Below, piece by piece: positions 38,003 through 45,665 of a stretch of 64,000 nucleotides of DNA. A program made the translations under genes and the position numbers. The notes beneath the pieces were generated by a model. The model was given only the letters and a program-made list of their open reading frames with translations, had not been told where the DNA came from and ran no database searches. The DNA is from a virus: UHGV virus genome UHGV-0242533. The stretch is one strand, 5' to 3'. How positions within the stretch are numbered: position 1 is the stretch's first letter; each line of letters starts with the position of its first letter.

Positions 38003-39373
38003 ATGATTGTTATCCCGATTAACCGAATTGAAGATAAGGTTGCTCAACAACCTGATATTGCTGTTGGTCGTCACTTCATTGAACAGTTGATTAACAACAA
38101 CTTGGTTCCAGACGGTATCTGTCCCATCATTACTGGTGGGGCTGTTCGAGATGCTGTGCTTAATAACACAGCTCCACATGACATTGATATCTTTATTGTC
38201 AGAGGACAAACACCAAGAACTCAAAACACATTCATCCCAACTGATCGTTGGCAAGCTCTTGGAAGAGAGATTGAAAGTAATGTGAAGGAATGGCTAGAGT
38301 CACAAGATATCGAATATGCATCCCTTCTTGCTGAAGCTACAAACGAATCCTATGCTGGGGGTTCTCAATTAACATTCACTGATATTATTGAGTTTCAGTG
38401 GAATGGAACCCGCATTCAATTCATGTTTAATTATCCTACTTCTATTGAAGAGGTATTGGATAATTTTCCTATGATGTGCCGTGGTGCGATAACTCTTGAC
38501 AGCTTATTCATGACCCCTCATGGATATTTAGCTATGACCGCTCCTTGCCCTGTGGTTGTTTCTAGTCGTGAAATCAGATACGTTCACAAGAAGTGGCCTA
38601 ATTCACAGGTATTAAGATTCTCCGCTCCATCTGTTGCATATCAATATATGGCACAAACTCGATACCTTCCTACACCTCAACCAGTTAGTCATCTGGTCAA
38701 CGAACGAGGTCAGGTTGCTCCTGTTGAGGATACAACAAGTGCTCAATATTGTGTTAACCGAGACATGAGTCGATTCTTTGGAATCCCTTACGAAGAAATT
38801 CAGTTAATGTCAAGTGTTCATGGCTCTGGTCAGATTCGTGCGTATTGGTCTGAAGGGTTGACGAATTTAACAACTAATACAGGAGGGGATCTCCTTGGTC
38901 GAGAAGAGGAACCTAACCGACACAATGCAATTGAAGGGGTGTTTGTAGCCCCTGCAATGCGTCGAGCACAAGAGTCACGAAGAGTAAGCCCTACTCGTAG
39001 AACATCTTTTGAAGAGGCTCTTGGTGTTACTAGCGATTCATTTGAGCAGTGGTTGTCTAGACGTTCTAATGGTCTGTCAAATGGTTTGACTGCTAGCCGT
39101 CACCAGTTCTCTGGTCAGGGTTTTGCTGTTGGTGATATTGACCAAGCTGCTCGTGTTATATGGACTGATGAAGCATCTGCTCAAGATGTGGTTAATAATC
39201 TCGCCGATCTTGATATTCCTTCTCATGGCGAGCTAGCTGAGACTGTCAGTCGTAGTCTCGCTGATCGCTTTGTTGCTGATAACCCTGAAGTATTAGAGCC
39301 TCAAACCAATACAATTAGTGTTGCTGACGTAGTTGGTGATGGATTCTCTTTTTACGCACGAACAAATAACTAA
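38003..39373 (+). CDS. Nucleotidyltransferase of the CCA-adding / poly(A) polymerase family (456 aa); internal ATG chosen
   Basis: N-terminal GGAVRDAVL...HDIDIFIV matches the GGxVRD...DxD head-domain signature. Confidence 0.5.
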   Translation: MIVIPINRIEDKVAQQPDIAVGRHFIEQLINNNLVPDGICPIITGGAVRDAVLNNTAPHDIDIFIVRGQTPRTQNTFIPTDRWQALGREIESNVKEWLESQDIEYASLLAEATNESYAGGSQLTFTDIIEFQWNGTRIQFMFNYPTSIEEVLDNFPMMCRGAITLDSLFMTPHGYLAMTAPCPVVVSSREIRYVHKKWPNSQVLRFSAPSVAYQYMAQTRYLPTPQPVSHLVNERGQVAPVEDTTSAQYCVNRDMSRFFGIPYEEIQLMSSVHGSGQIRAYWSEGLTNLTTNTGGDLLGREEEPNRHNAIEGVFVAPAMRRAQESRRVSPTRRTSFEEALGVTSDSFEQWLSRRSNGLSNGLTASRHQFSGQGFAVGDIDQAARVIWTDEASAQDVVNNLADLDIPSHGELAETVSRSLADRFVADNPEVLEPQTNTISVADVVGDGFSFYARTNN

Positions 39374-39382
39374 GGAATAAGA

Positions 39383-39916
39383 ATGAGTTTACTAGGAAGT
39401 GTTGAACTGCATGATGTAATTGACAATGGCTATCTGGATGCGGAGCATAAGTATGTTAACGCTGCTAGTGTGGATATCCGTATTGGTGATACTATCCTTG
39501 TTGAAGAACAGGCTGATGGCATCGTTGATATTGATGCGAAAGAGAATCTTCAGTGGAAGGAAGTAAAGATTCCTGAAGAGGGTTTGGTTATCACTCCGGG
39601 TCAGTTCTTCTTGGCTCACTCTATGGAAGAGTTTAATCTTCCAGATAACATCTCAAGTCTGTTTGTCCTGCGTTCGTCTATGGCTCGTTGTGGTTTGAAC
39701 CACCTTCACGCCGGTTGGGCAGATGCAGGATTTAATAGCAGTAAGCTGACATTTGAATTCCATAACGTAACCAAGCACCACAGTTTACGAGTTCGTGCTG
39801 GTATGCGTGTAGGTCAGATGGTAATGTTTGAGCACTCTCATGCAGGGGAACACTCCTATGCAGTGAAGGGTCGTTATAATAACTCTGAAGGTGTAGTTGC
39901 ATCTAAAGGTGTGTAA
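39383..39916 (+). CDS. dCTP deaminase / dUTPase superfamily protein
   Basis: ASVDIRIG and GWADAGFN motifs; 177 aa. Confidence 0.65.
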   Translation: MSLLGSVELHDVIDNGYLDAEHKYVNAASVDIRIGDTILVEEQADGIVDIDAKENLQWKEVKIPEEGLVITPGQFFLAHSMEEFNLPDNISSLFVLRSSMARCGLNHLHAGWADAGFNSSKLTFEFHNVTKHHSLRVRAGMRVGQMVMFEHSHAGEHSYAVKGRYNNSEGVVASKGV

Positions 39917-40114
39917 ATGAAAAAATGGATTGTTCGTGTACATGATAACACGACTGGAGAGTTAGTAGCTGTAGATTTTGTTAAGACTCGAGAGCACGCA
40001 CGTAGAGTCAAAAATCAATACAAGTCTACTTTTAGACTTAACAAGGTTACATTAGGAAGGGCTATTGTGAATAGCGAAGGTGCTTTTATTGCCAACAGTA
40101 AGGTTTATTATTAA
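39917..40114 (+). CDS. Small basic protein, paralog 1 of 3
   Basis: 65 aa; shares TREHAR/TRQQAR/TRKEAR and C-terminal KV-YY with the next two ORFs. Confidence 0.5.
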   Translation: MKKWIVRVHDNTTGELVAVDFVKTREHARRVKNQYKSTFRLNKVTLGRAIVNSEGAFIANSKVYY

Positions 40115-40323
40115 TGAGACCGATCACTATGAGACAATTTTGGTTAGCAAAGATCAAGTGGGCATCAGGTGGCATGACTATGACTGCACTACCCACTCGC
40201 CAACAAGCTCGAGATTTTAAAAAGACTATGCTTACTGGTGACGTGGTCAATAGTATCAGTATCCATAAGGCCAAGGAGTATTCTTCTGGTCGTATTTATA
40301 TCAGCGGAAAGGTGCATTACTAA
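40114..40323 (+). CDS. Small basic protein, paralog 2 of 3
   Basis: 69 aa; tandem paralog. Confidence 0.5.
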   Translation: MRPITMRQFWLAKIKWASGGMTMTALPTRQQARDFKKTMLTGDVVNSISIHKAKEYSSGRIYISGKVHY

Positions 40324-40532
40324 TGAAAAAGATGTGGGCTATTCGTGTTGTCTGGGAACAGAAACAACACTTAGGTAAAGATAATATCAAACTGTTTAAC
40401 ACTCGCAAAGAGGCTCGTGTCGCTAAAAAGAATATGAAAGCTCTAATAGGAACTGTTAAAAGTGCTGACATTCATCGCTGGTATGAAGACCCTAGCTCGG
40501 GTTCTTTTATGTCTAAAGTAATTTATTACTGA
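40323..40532 (+). CDS. Small basic protein, paralog 3 of 3
   Basis: 69 aa; tandem paralog. Confidence 0.5.
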   Translation: MKKMWAIRVVWEQKQHLGKDNIKLFNTRKEARVAKKNMKALIGTVKSADIHRWYEDPSSGSFMSKVIYY

Positions 40533-40558
40533 TTGGTAGTAGATATGGTAACTCTCAA

Positions 40559-40567
40559 ATGTATATA
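40559..40567 (+). promoter_or_regulatory. Near-match to TAATGTATA element (AAATGTATA)
   Basis: About 40 nt upstream of the 40605 start. Confidence 0.3.
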
Positions 40568-40604
40568 GAGTACAATAAGAATTTGTATTTTACAGGAGAG
40601 AGTT

Positions 40605-40934
40605 ATGTTAGATTTGAGTAAAGTGGCCCCGCCCACTGAAGAGATTACAAAATCCAAGGTGATGCAACAGTTTTATCATCGTGATATGCTTGGTCGCTTT
40701 ATCAAGAATCGTGATGTTGTTGCTTGGTCTATTGGTAATCAGGGATATCTGTTGAAGGTTCTTCAGGTTACAGGTTCAACTGCTAAGCGAGTTAAGGTGT
40801 ATGACCCTGAAATGGGGCGTTCTAAGTCAGTAGACCCACAGAACTGCATCGTAATTACCCAGCAGGTAATGGATAATATTGCACGTAACGTTGCTAACTC
40901 AGTTGAACTTGATGGAGAAAACCCAAATGCATAA
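40605..40934 (+). CDS. Hypothetical protein (109 aa)
   Basis: ORF track; RBS ggagagag. Confidence 0.5.
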   Translation: MLDLSKVAPPTEEITKSKVMQQFYHRDMLGRFIKNRDVVAWSIGNQGYLLKVLQVTGSTAKRVKVYDPEMGRSKSVDPQNCIVITQQVMDNIARNVANSVELDGENPNA

Positions 40935-41490
40935 GAATGTTTTTGATTTACCTGATATTGGTCGTTCAGAATATAACATGTTAGACCGGTCTGAGCTTTC
41001 AATCTCTCGCCTTGAAACAATGCAGGGTATGATTAGTGGAAACAGCCTAGAACACATCCTGAGCTGCTTGCAAGCTAACATGGAACTCTTGCATATCAAA
41101 GCTAAAAACTACCACTGGAACGTCTCTGGTGCAGGATTTCAGGGTGTTCATGGTATGTTTGACGAGCTGGAAGATTACGCACGACAGGTAGGAGATCGTA
41201 TTGCTGAACGTATGCGTTACCACTGTGTTAAAGTGGACGCTACAGCAGCTAACTACCTCTCTCATGCTTGGTTCTCAGAGGGTAACGCTGATCTAGACAT
41301 GGACGGTATGCTCTCTGATATGTGCATGACCTTGATGTGTATTATTGAGAAGATGGATGAGTTTGATGGCGATTTAGCCACTTACCCTGTCGATCAGAGT
41401 ATGCTTCAAGAAATTAATGAAGGTCTTGGCAAGTATTGCTACTTCGTCAAGAGCAACATGTCCCATTCAAGTGGTGACGTGTCTTACTAA
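40927..41490 (+). CDS. Dps / ferritin-like protein (187 aa; internal ATG chosen)
   Basis: LQANMELLHIKAKNYHWNVSGAGFQGVHGMFDELEDYARQVGDRIAERM parallels the Dps helix A/B signature (YHWNV.G..F..LH..F.E.Y...D.IAER). Confidence 0.55.
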   Translation: MHKNVFDLPDIGRSEYNMLDRSELSISRLETMQGMISGNSLEHILSCLQANMELLHIKAKNYHWNVSGAGFQGVHGMFDELEDYARQVGDRIAERMRYHCVKVDATAANYLSHAWFSEGNADLDMDGMLSDMCMTLMCIIEKMDEFDGDLATYPVDQSMLQEINEGLGKYCYFVKSNMSHSSGDVSY

Positions 41491-41550
41491 AACCTCCGCC
41501 CTGTCTCCTAACCCGAGGTGGGGCGAACTTATTTATAAGGATATAGATAT

Positions 41551-41730
41551 ATGTTATCAGCAATCGTATGGGGTATTTGGGCTATCTTTATCGGTGGTGG
41601 TATTTATTGGGCTTCTGGTAAGCTTATTGAAGAAACTCCTGATAAGAAAGGTGAGATTCAAACAGCATCAACCATCATGGTTATCGTAGCTGTTGTTATC
41701 CCGTTCCTGCTTCACCTCCTGACTGCATAA
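41551..41730 (+). CDS. Small membrane protein (59 aa; below cutoff)
   Basis: Two hydrophobic helices; ATG with RBS region. Confidence 0.35.
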   Translation: MLSAIVWGIWAIFIGGGIYWASGKLIEETPDKKGEIQTASTIMVIVAVVIPFLLHLLTA

Positions 41731-41738
41731 GGATTTAC

Positions 41739-42014
41739 ATGTCTAAAGTAATTAAGTTTTATAGTGATCAGTGTGCTCCATGTAAAGCAATGGCTCCTAC
41801 CTTTGAGAAGGTTGTTAAGGAGTTTGATGTAGAAGTGGAAGAGATTAACATCCTTGAAGGTGATGGTCGTGAACAAGCTGTTAAGTATGGTGTACGAAGC
41901 ATCCCTGCTTTCGTTGTGCCTGACCGTAACAGTGGTGCACACTACAGCCTCTCTGGTATGCAGACTGAAGCAAACCTGAAAGCATTTTTGGACACAGCCC
42001 TGAGCAATAAGTAA
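41739..42014 (+). CDS. Thioredoxin/glutaredoxin-fold protein (CxxC)
   Basis: CAPC active-site-like motif near N-terminus, SIPAFV cis-Pro-loop-like motif; 91 aa. Confidence 0.55.
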   Translation: MSKVIKFYSDQCAPCKAMAPTFEKVVKEFDVEVEEINILEGDGREQAVKYGVRSIPAFVVPDRNSGAHYSLSGMQTEANLKAFLDTALSNK

Positions 42015-42029
42015 TAAGGATATTCACGG

Positions 42030-42686
42030 ATGAATGAACAACTACAAGCAACATTAATCGAAGCTATGGGAAGCGATCGTAGCGTAGTAAACGCAGCTCG
42101 AGTTTCCTTTGGCGTAACCCGTGAAGGTGATTTAAATGAACGTGATGAACGTCTCATCAACTTCCTCGCAAGAGAGAAGCATGTTACCCCATTCCGACAT
42201 CCGCAAGTCAGTTTCCGATGCAAAGCACCTATCGCAATTGCGAGACAGTTGGGCAAGCATCAGGTTGGATTCTCGTGGAACGAAATGTCCCGGCGGTATA
42301 AAGATGGAGAAGTTGAAGTCTTCATCCCTAAAGAGATTTTTGCGAGACCTTCGGACCTCCATGCAGGTTCAGGGACACAGCTCATCGACGGAGAACGAGC
42401 TGAAGCATTAATGTTGATTAACGATGCATATGAAGCTTCTCTAGCAGCATATGACAAGTTGATTGAGTTTATTGCACCAGAGCAAGCTCGATTTGTTCTT
42501 CCTCAGGGAATGATTACTGAGTGGGTGTGGACTGGTTCTTTGTATGGATGGTTTGAGTTGTGCCGTCAACGACTCTCCTCTCATGCTCAGTATGAAGTTC
42601 GAGTGTTTGCTAAATCCTTAGATGAAGAAATGGCTAAACTCTACCCAATCTCATGGGCAGCTCTGAAGAAAACCTTGGAGAATTAA
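42030..42686 (+). CDS. thyX: ThyX-family flavin-dependent thymidylate synthase-like protein with variant motif
   Basis: F-RHPQVSF...KHQVGFSWNEMSRRY aligns with the ThyX RHR...S.SQ.S.RY region; the canonical RHR is KHQ here. Confidence 0.6.
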   Translation: MNEQLQATLIEAMGSDRSVVNAARVSFGVTREGDLNERDERLINFLAREKHVTPFRHPQVSFRCKAPIAIARQLGKHQVGFSWNEMSRRYKDGEVEVFIPKEIFARPSDLHAGSGTQLIDGERAEALMLINDAYEASLAAYDKLIEFIAPEQARFVLPQGMITEWVWTGSLYGWFELCRQRLSSHAQYEVRVFAKSLDEEMAKLYPISWAALKKTLEN

Positions 42687-42831
42687 TATTGGAAGAAGAT
42701 GATGATGTGTTCTGCACTAAATGTGGGATGACAGTTGAGGATGCATATGACCCAAGTGTAGAAATTTGTCCATGTTGCGGAGTATGTGAATATTGCTGTT
42801 CCAACAACTCAGAGGATTAGCAGGAGAAAGA

Positions 42832-43017
42832 ATGGATAAGAAAGTGTGCAGCTTCTGTAAGAAAGAGAAGCCTATCGCCAACTTTAAGTTTAATCCTGTA
42901 ACCGGTTTGACTCATGTCATGTGTCACTCTTGCAGGATATACCTTGAAACAAAGCACACCATTAACAGGTTGCACTATTATCACCCAACAACATTCAAAT
43001 TTAAGGTTGTGAAATGA
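42832..43017 (+). CDS. Small zinc-ribbon protein (internal ATG with AGGAG SD)
   Basis: CSFC...CHSC. Confidence 0.4.
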   Translation: MDKKVCSFCKKEKPIANFKFNPVTGLTHVMCHSCRIYLETKHTINRLHYYHPTTFKFKVVK

Positions 43018-43343
43018 TTGACAGTAATACATTTAGGACTTCAAATGGAAGTGAGATAAGTCCCGCTGAAGTAATTAATCGGCACAGAAGGCAATTGATC
43101 ATCCATTCCTATTTGTATTACTGGTTGGATGACCCTATCTGGTCTGACGATAAATGGCAACAAGTTGCTAATGACCTAGTGGAGCTGCAAGCCCTGTATC
43201 CAGAGCCTACTGGAGTCTTTGACAATGAATTCAAAGATTGGGATGGTTCTACAGGGATGCACTTCCCACACAATGAGGCTGTTGCTTGTATGGCGACAGC
43301 TGTTTACAGGATTCATAAAGATATGAACCATGAAGTGCTCTAG
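43014..43343 (+). CDS. Hypothetical protein (109 aa)
   Basis: ORF track. Confidence 0.45.
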   Translation: MIDSNTFRTSNGSEISPAEVINRHRRQLIIHSYLYYWLDDPIWSDDKWQQVANDLVELQALYPEPTGVFDNEFKDWDGSTGMHFPHNEAVACMATAVYRIHKDMNHEVL

Positions 43344-43515
43344 ATGTGAAGGAACAAACCTTCATTTAAGTAACAAGGTTATCAGAGAGCTTGCCAAAGG
43401 CTCTCCAACCAAAGGGAAGAACAAACGATTTACTAACGTCAGGGTTTATACAGCAATCTGTAAAGACTGCTTAACCACTGAGTGTCATTACGAAGAAATT
43501 GGAGAGCGTAAATGA
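43330..43515 (+). CDS. Small zinc-ribbon protein (61 aa)
   Basis: CSRC...CKDC. Confidence 0.4.
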   Translation: MKCSRCEGTNLHLSNKVIRELAKGSPTKGKNKRFTNVRVYTAICKDCLTTECHYEEIGERK

Positions 43516-44249
43516 GTCGTCGTCAATCACGGAAAGAATCACGGAAAGACCTTCGTCGGGAAGCACTTGTTACTCGTAAGGGTAAGCGAGAGTATGAAGA
43601 GGTGGTTTTAGCAAAGCCTGTAGTCCCTCAGAACCAGTTTCAGTCTGAGCTACTCAATGCTATTAAGACTAAACAAGTTGTGTTCACAGACGCTCCTGCG
43701 GGCTGTGGTAAGACCTTTGTAATCACTTCCACGGTTATCGATGCACTGAAGAGTGGTAAGATTCAGAAGATCATCCTGAGTCGACCTTCAGTTGGCATGG
43801 GTAACTCTCTTGGGTTACTTCCGGGAGGAATGCGTGAGAAGTTTGAACCATACCTGATGCCTATCATTGATGTTATTACTCAGCGATACGGTAAGGGATT
43901 CTATGAATGCCAAATCGGAAATGGTAACATTGAATTTGTACCTCTGGAATATCTCCGTGGTCGCTCTTTCAATGATGCCATTGTTATCGTAGATGAGTTC
44001 CAGAACACAACTAAGGATGAAGCCTTCTCCATCATGACTCGATTGGGAGAAACCTCTCAATTGTTCTGTATGGGTGATACAAACCAGCATGATATGCGTG
44101 GTCGCGAGAGTGGTCTAACTTGGGCTACTAACTTTATTGATGAACACGATCTGTATGAGTTTGCTGAGATTGTAGATGGTGAATCAGATGATATTGTTCG
44201 TTCTGGTTTCTGTAAGGCGATTGTTAAAGCAATGGAAAAGAAAGCTTAA
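43512..44249 (+). CDS. phoH: PhoH-like ATPase
   Basis: Walker A APAGCGKT, then ILSRP..., Walker B IVIVDEFQN. Confidence 0.75.
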   Translation: MSRRQSRKESRKDLRREALVTRKGKREYEEVVLAKPVVPQNQFQSELLNAIKTKQVVFTDAPAGCGKTFVITSTVIDALKSGKIQKIILSRPSVGMGNSLGLLPGGMREKFEPYLMPIIDVITQRYGKGFYECQIGNGNIEFVPLEYLRGRSFNDAIVIVDEFQNTTKDEAFSIMTRLGETSQLFCMGDTNQHDMRGRESGLTWATNFIDEHDLYEFAEIVDGESDDIVRSGFCKAIVKAMEKKA

Positions 44250-44260
44250 ACAGTAACTTA

Positions 44261-44269
44261 TAATGTATA
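44261..44269 (+). promoter_or_regulatory. TAATGTATA promoter-like element
   Basis: Exact 9-mer about 37 nt upstream of the 44306 start. Confidence 0.4.
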
Positions 44270-44305
44270 CTCCTTAGTGTACACTGATATATTAAGGAGT
44301 TCTAA

Positions 44306-44623
44306 ATGGCAGACCATGTAGGAAAGAGAGATTATGCACAAGAAAGACGTACCGCAATTGCCCGTGGTGAAACAGGCGTTGGGAGCAAGAGCGGAGATGC
44401 TCAGCGCCACCGTGCACGTCGCATCGTTGAAAAGCGCGATGGAAAAGCTGCTGTCAGAGGTAAAGACGTTGGACACAAACGAGCTGTCAAGTCTGGAGGC
44501 TCTAATGCGTCAAGCAACTTACGTGTTGAATCAGTCAGCTCAAACCGTTCAAACGGCGGCAAAAGTGGTGATCGAGCTGGAAAAGCAGCTGGAGCACGCA
44601 AAGGGGCTTTAAGCTCATCGTAA
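44306..44623 (+). CDS. Basic Arg/Gly/Lys-rich protein (105 aa)
   Basis: Strong SD aaggag 7 nt upstream; chosen over the overlapping ORF 44334..44612. Confidence 0.45.
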   Translation: MADHVGKRDYAQERRTAIARGETGVGSKSGDAQRHRARRIVEKRDGKAAVRGKDVGHKRAVKSGGSNASSNLRVESVSSNRSNGGKSGDRAGKAAGARKGALSSS

Positions 44624-44627
44624 TATG

Positions 44628-44660
44628 AGGCTACCCAAATGGGTGGCCTTTTCTTTTATA
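44628..44660 (+). terminator. Intrinsic terminator
   Basis: aggctaccc-aaat-gggtggcct followed by TTTTCTTTT. Confidence 0.65.
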
Positions 44661-44691
44661 TAAACCAAAATAAACTTCTTAGGTAATAAAT

Positions 44692-44946
44692 ATGTCTATT
44701 GTAAAAATCGTAAATATTTTTGATGTAACCAGAGATGGCAAGATTGTTAAGTGGACTTTCACTAACCACCACAACAAATCAAACAAGATCATCGAACGGA
44801 TGATTGAGATTAACCCAAAAACAGCTCGCACTAACGTACTCCTTCGCGGAGCTGATGGAAAATTTATCTCTTATAAGAATAAGAACGTAGAAAAATCTTT
44901 CCGTGTTGCAGTAGAAAATCTCATCCCATTCCCTAAAGGAGTTTAA
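44692..44946 (+). CDS. Small protein, tandem paralog A (84 aa)
   Basis: Shares KTARTNV(L/M)LR...GKFISY...PFP(K/R)G with the next ORF. Confidence 0.5.
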   Translation: MSIVKIVNIFDVTRDGKIVKWTFTNHHNKSNKIIERMIEINPKTARTNVLLRGADGKFISYKNKNVEKSFRVAVENLIPFPKGV

Positions 44947-44947
44947 T

Positions 44948-45232
44948 ATGAATAAGTTAGCTATGGTTCAAATTCGGGACACATACACTAACCGCCCGGA
45001 GCAGAAACCGCGTACTTGGTCTTATCTGTTGGCTGAAAGTAAGACTATTGACAAATACGCTGTAGGGATTGATACTATTCCAACTAGTGTCACATTACTC
45101 CCTCACAAAACAGCCAGAACTAATGTGATGTTACGTGATAGCAAAGGTAAGTTTATCTCTTATCGTGATTCAAGAATCAATAATGAAATTAAATCTGCTG
45201 TGGAATTTTTGATGCCATTCCCAAGAGGTTGA
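44948..45232 (+). CDS. Small protein, tandem paralog B (94 aa)
   Basis: As above. Confidence 0.5.
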   Translation: MNKLAMVQIRDTYTNRPEQKPRTWSYLLAESKTIDKYAVGIDTIPTSVTLLPHKTARTNVMLRDSKGKFISYRDSRINNEIKSAVEFLMPFPRG

Positions 45233-45235
45233 GTT

Positions 45236-45649
45236 ATGCCATTACCAGCTAGACACCAAAACCGTTTCCTAGTTCTAAAGTGGGATGATATTGAAATGAA
45301 TCTCACTGAGCACGAACTAGATTTGTTCCATGAATTATTATCAGAGATTCGCTCTGGTATTCCTGAACGTCAGTATGTTGTTATCAGTGATAAACACCCT
45401 CAAGAGTTTGAAGAAGCTTGGGGCATGAAGCTGGCCTACATTCAGAGAGCTATTAGAGAAAGAGAAGAAGTTGCTAATCAGAGGGTTGTGGCCCATCTGG
45501 TACGAGAGCAGCCTCGTGGGGTTAGGTCTTCTTATTCTCCATCTACTTGGGCACAAACAAATGCAGCAATGAGATCATATGCTGTTGATTCCACATCATT
45601 GGATGTAGTAGAAGATAACCAAGCATTTACAGATTTACTTTACCAATAA
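45236..45649 (+). CDS. Hypothetical protein (137 aa)
   Basis: ORF track. Confidence 0.5.
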   Translation: MPLPARHQNRFLVLKWDDIEMNLTEHELDLFHELLSEIRSGIPERQYVVISDKHPQEFEEAWGMKLAYIQRAIREREEVANQRVVAHLVREQPRGVRSSYSPSTWAQTNAAMRSYAVDSTSLDVVEDNQAFTDLLYQ

Positions 45650-45665
45650 TTTAAAGGAGTATAAA

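Noticed and set aside
44334-44612. ORF 44334..44612 (+) versus overlapping 44306..44623 (+)
   Set aside because: Only one can be real. 44306 has a strong AGGAG SD at ideal spacing, so it is preferred, but the choice is uncertain.
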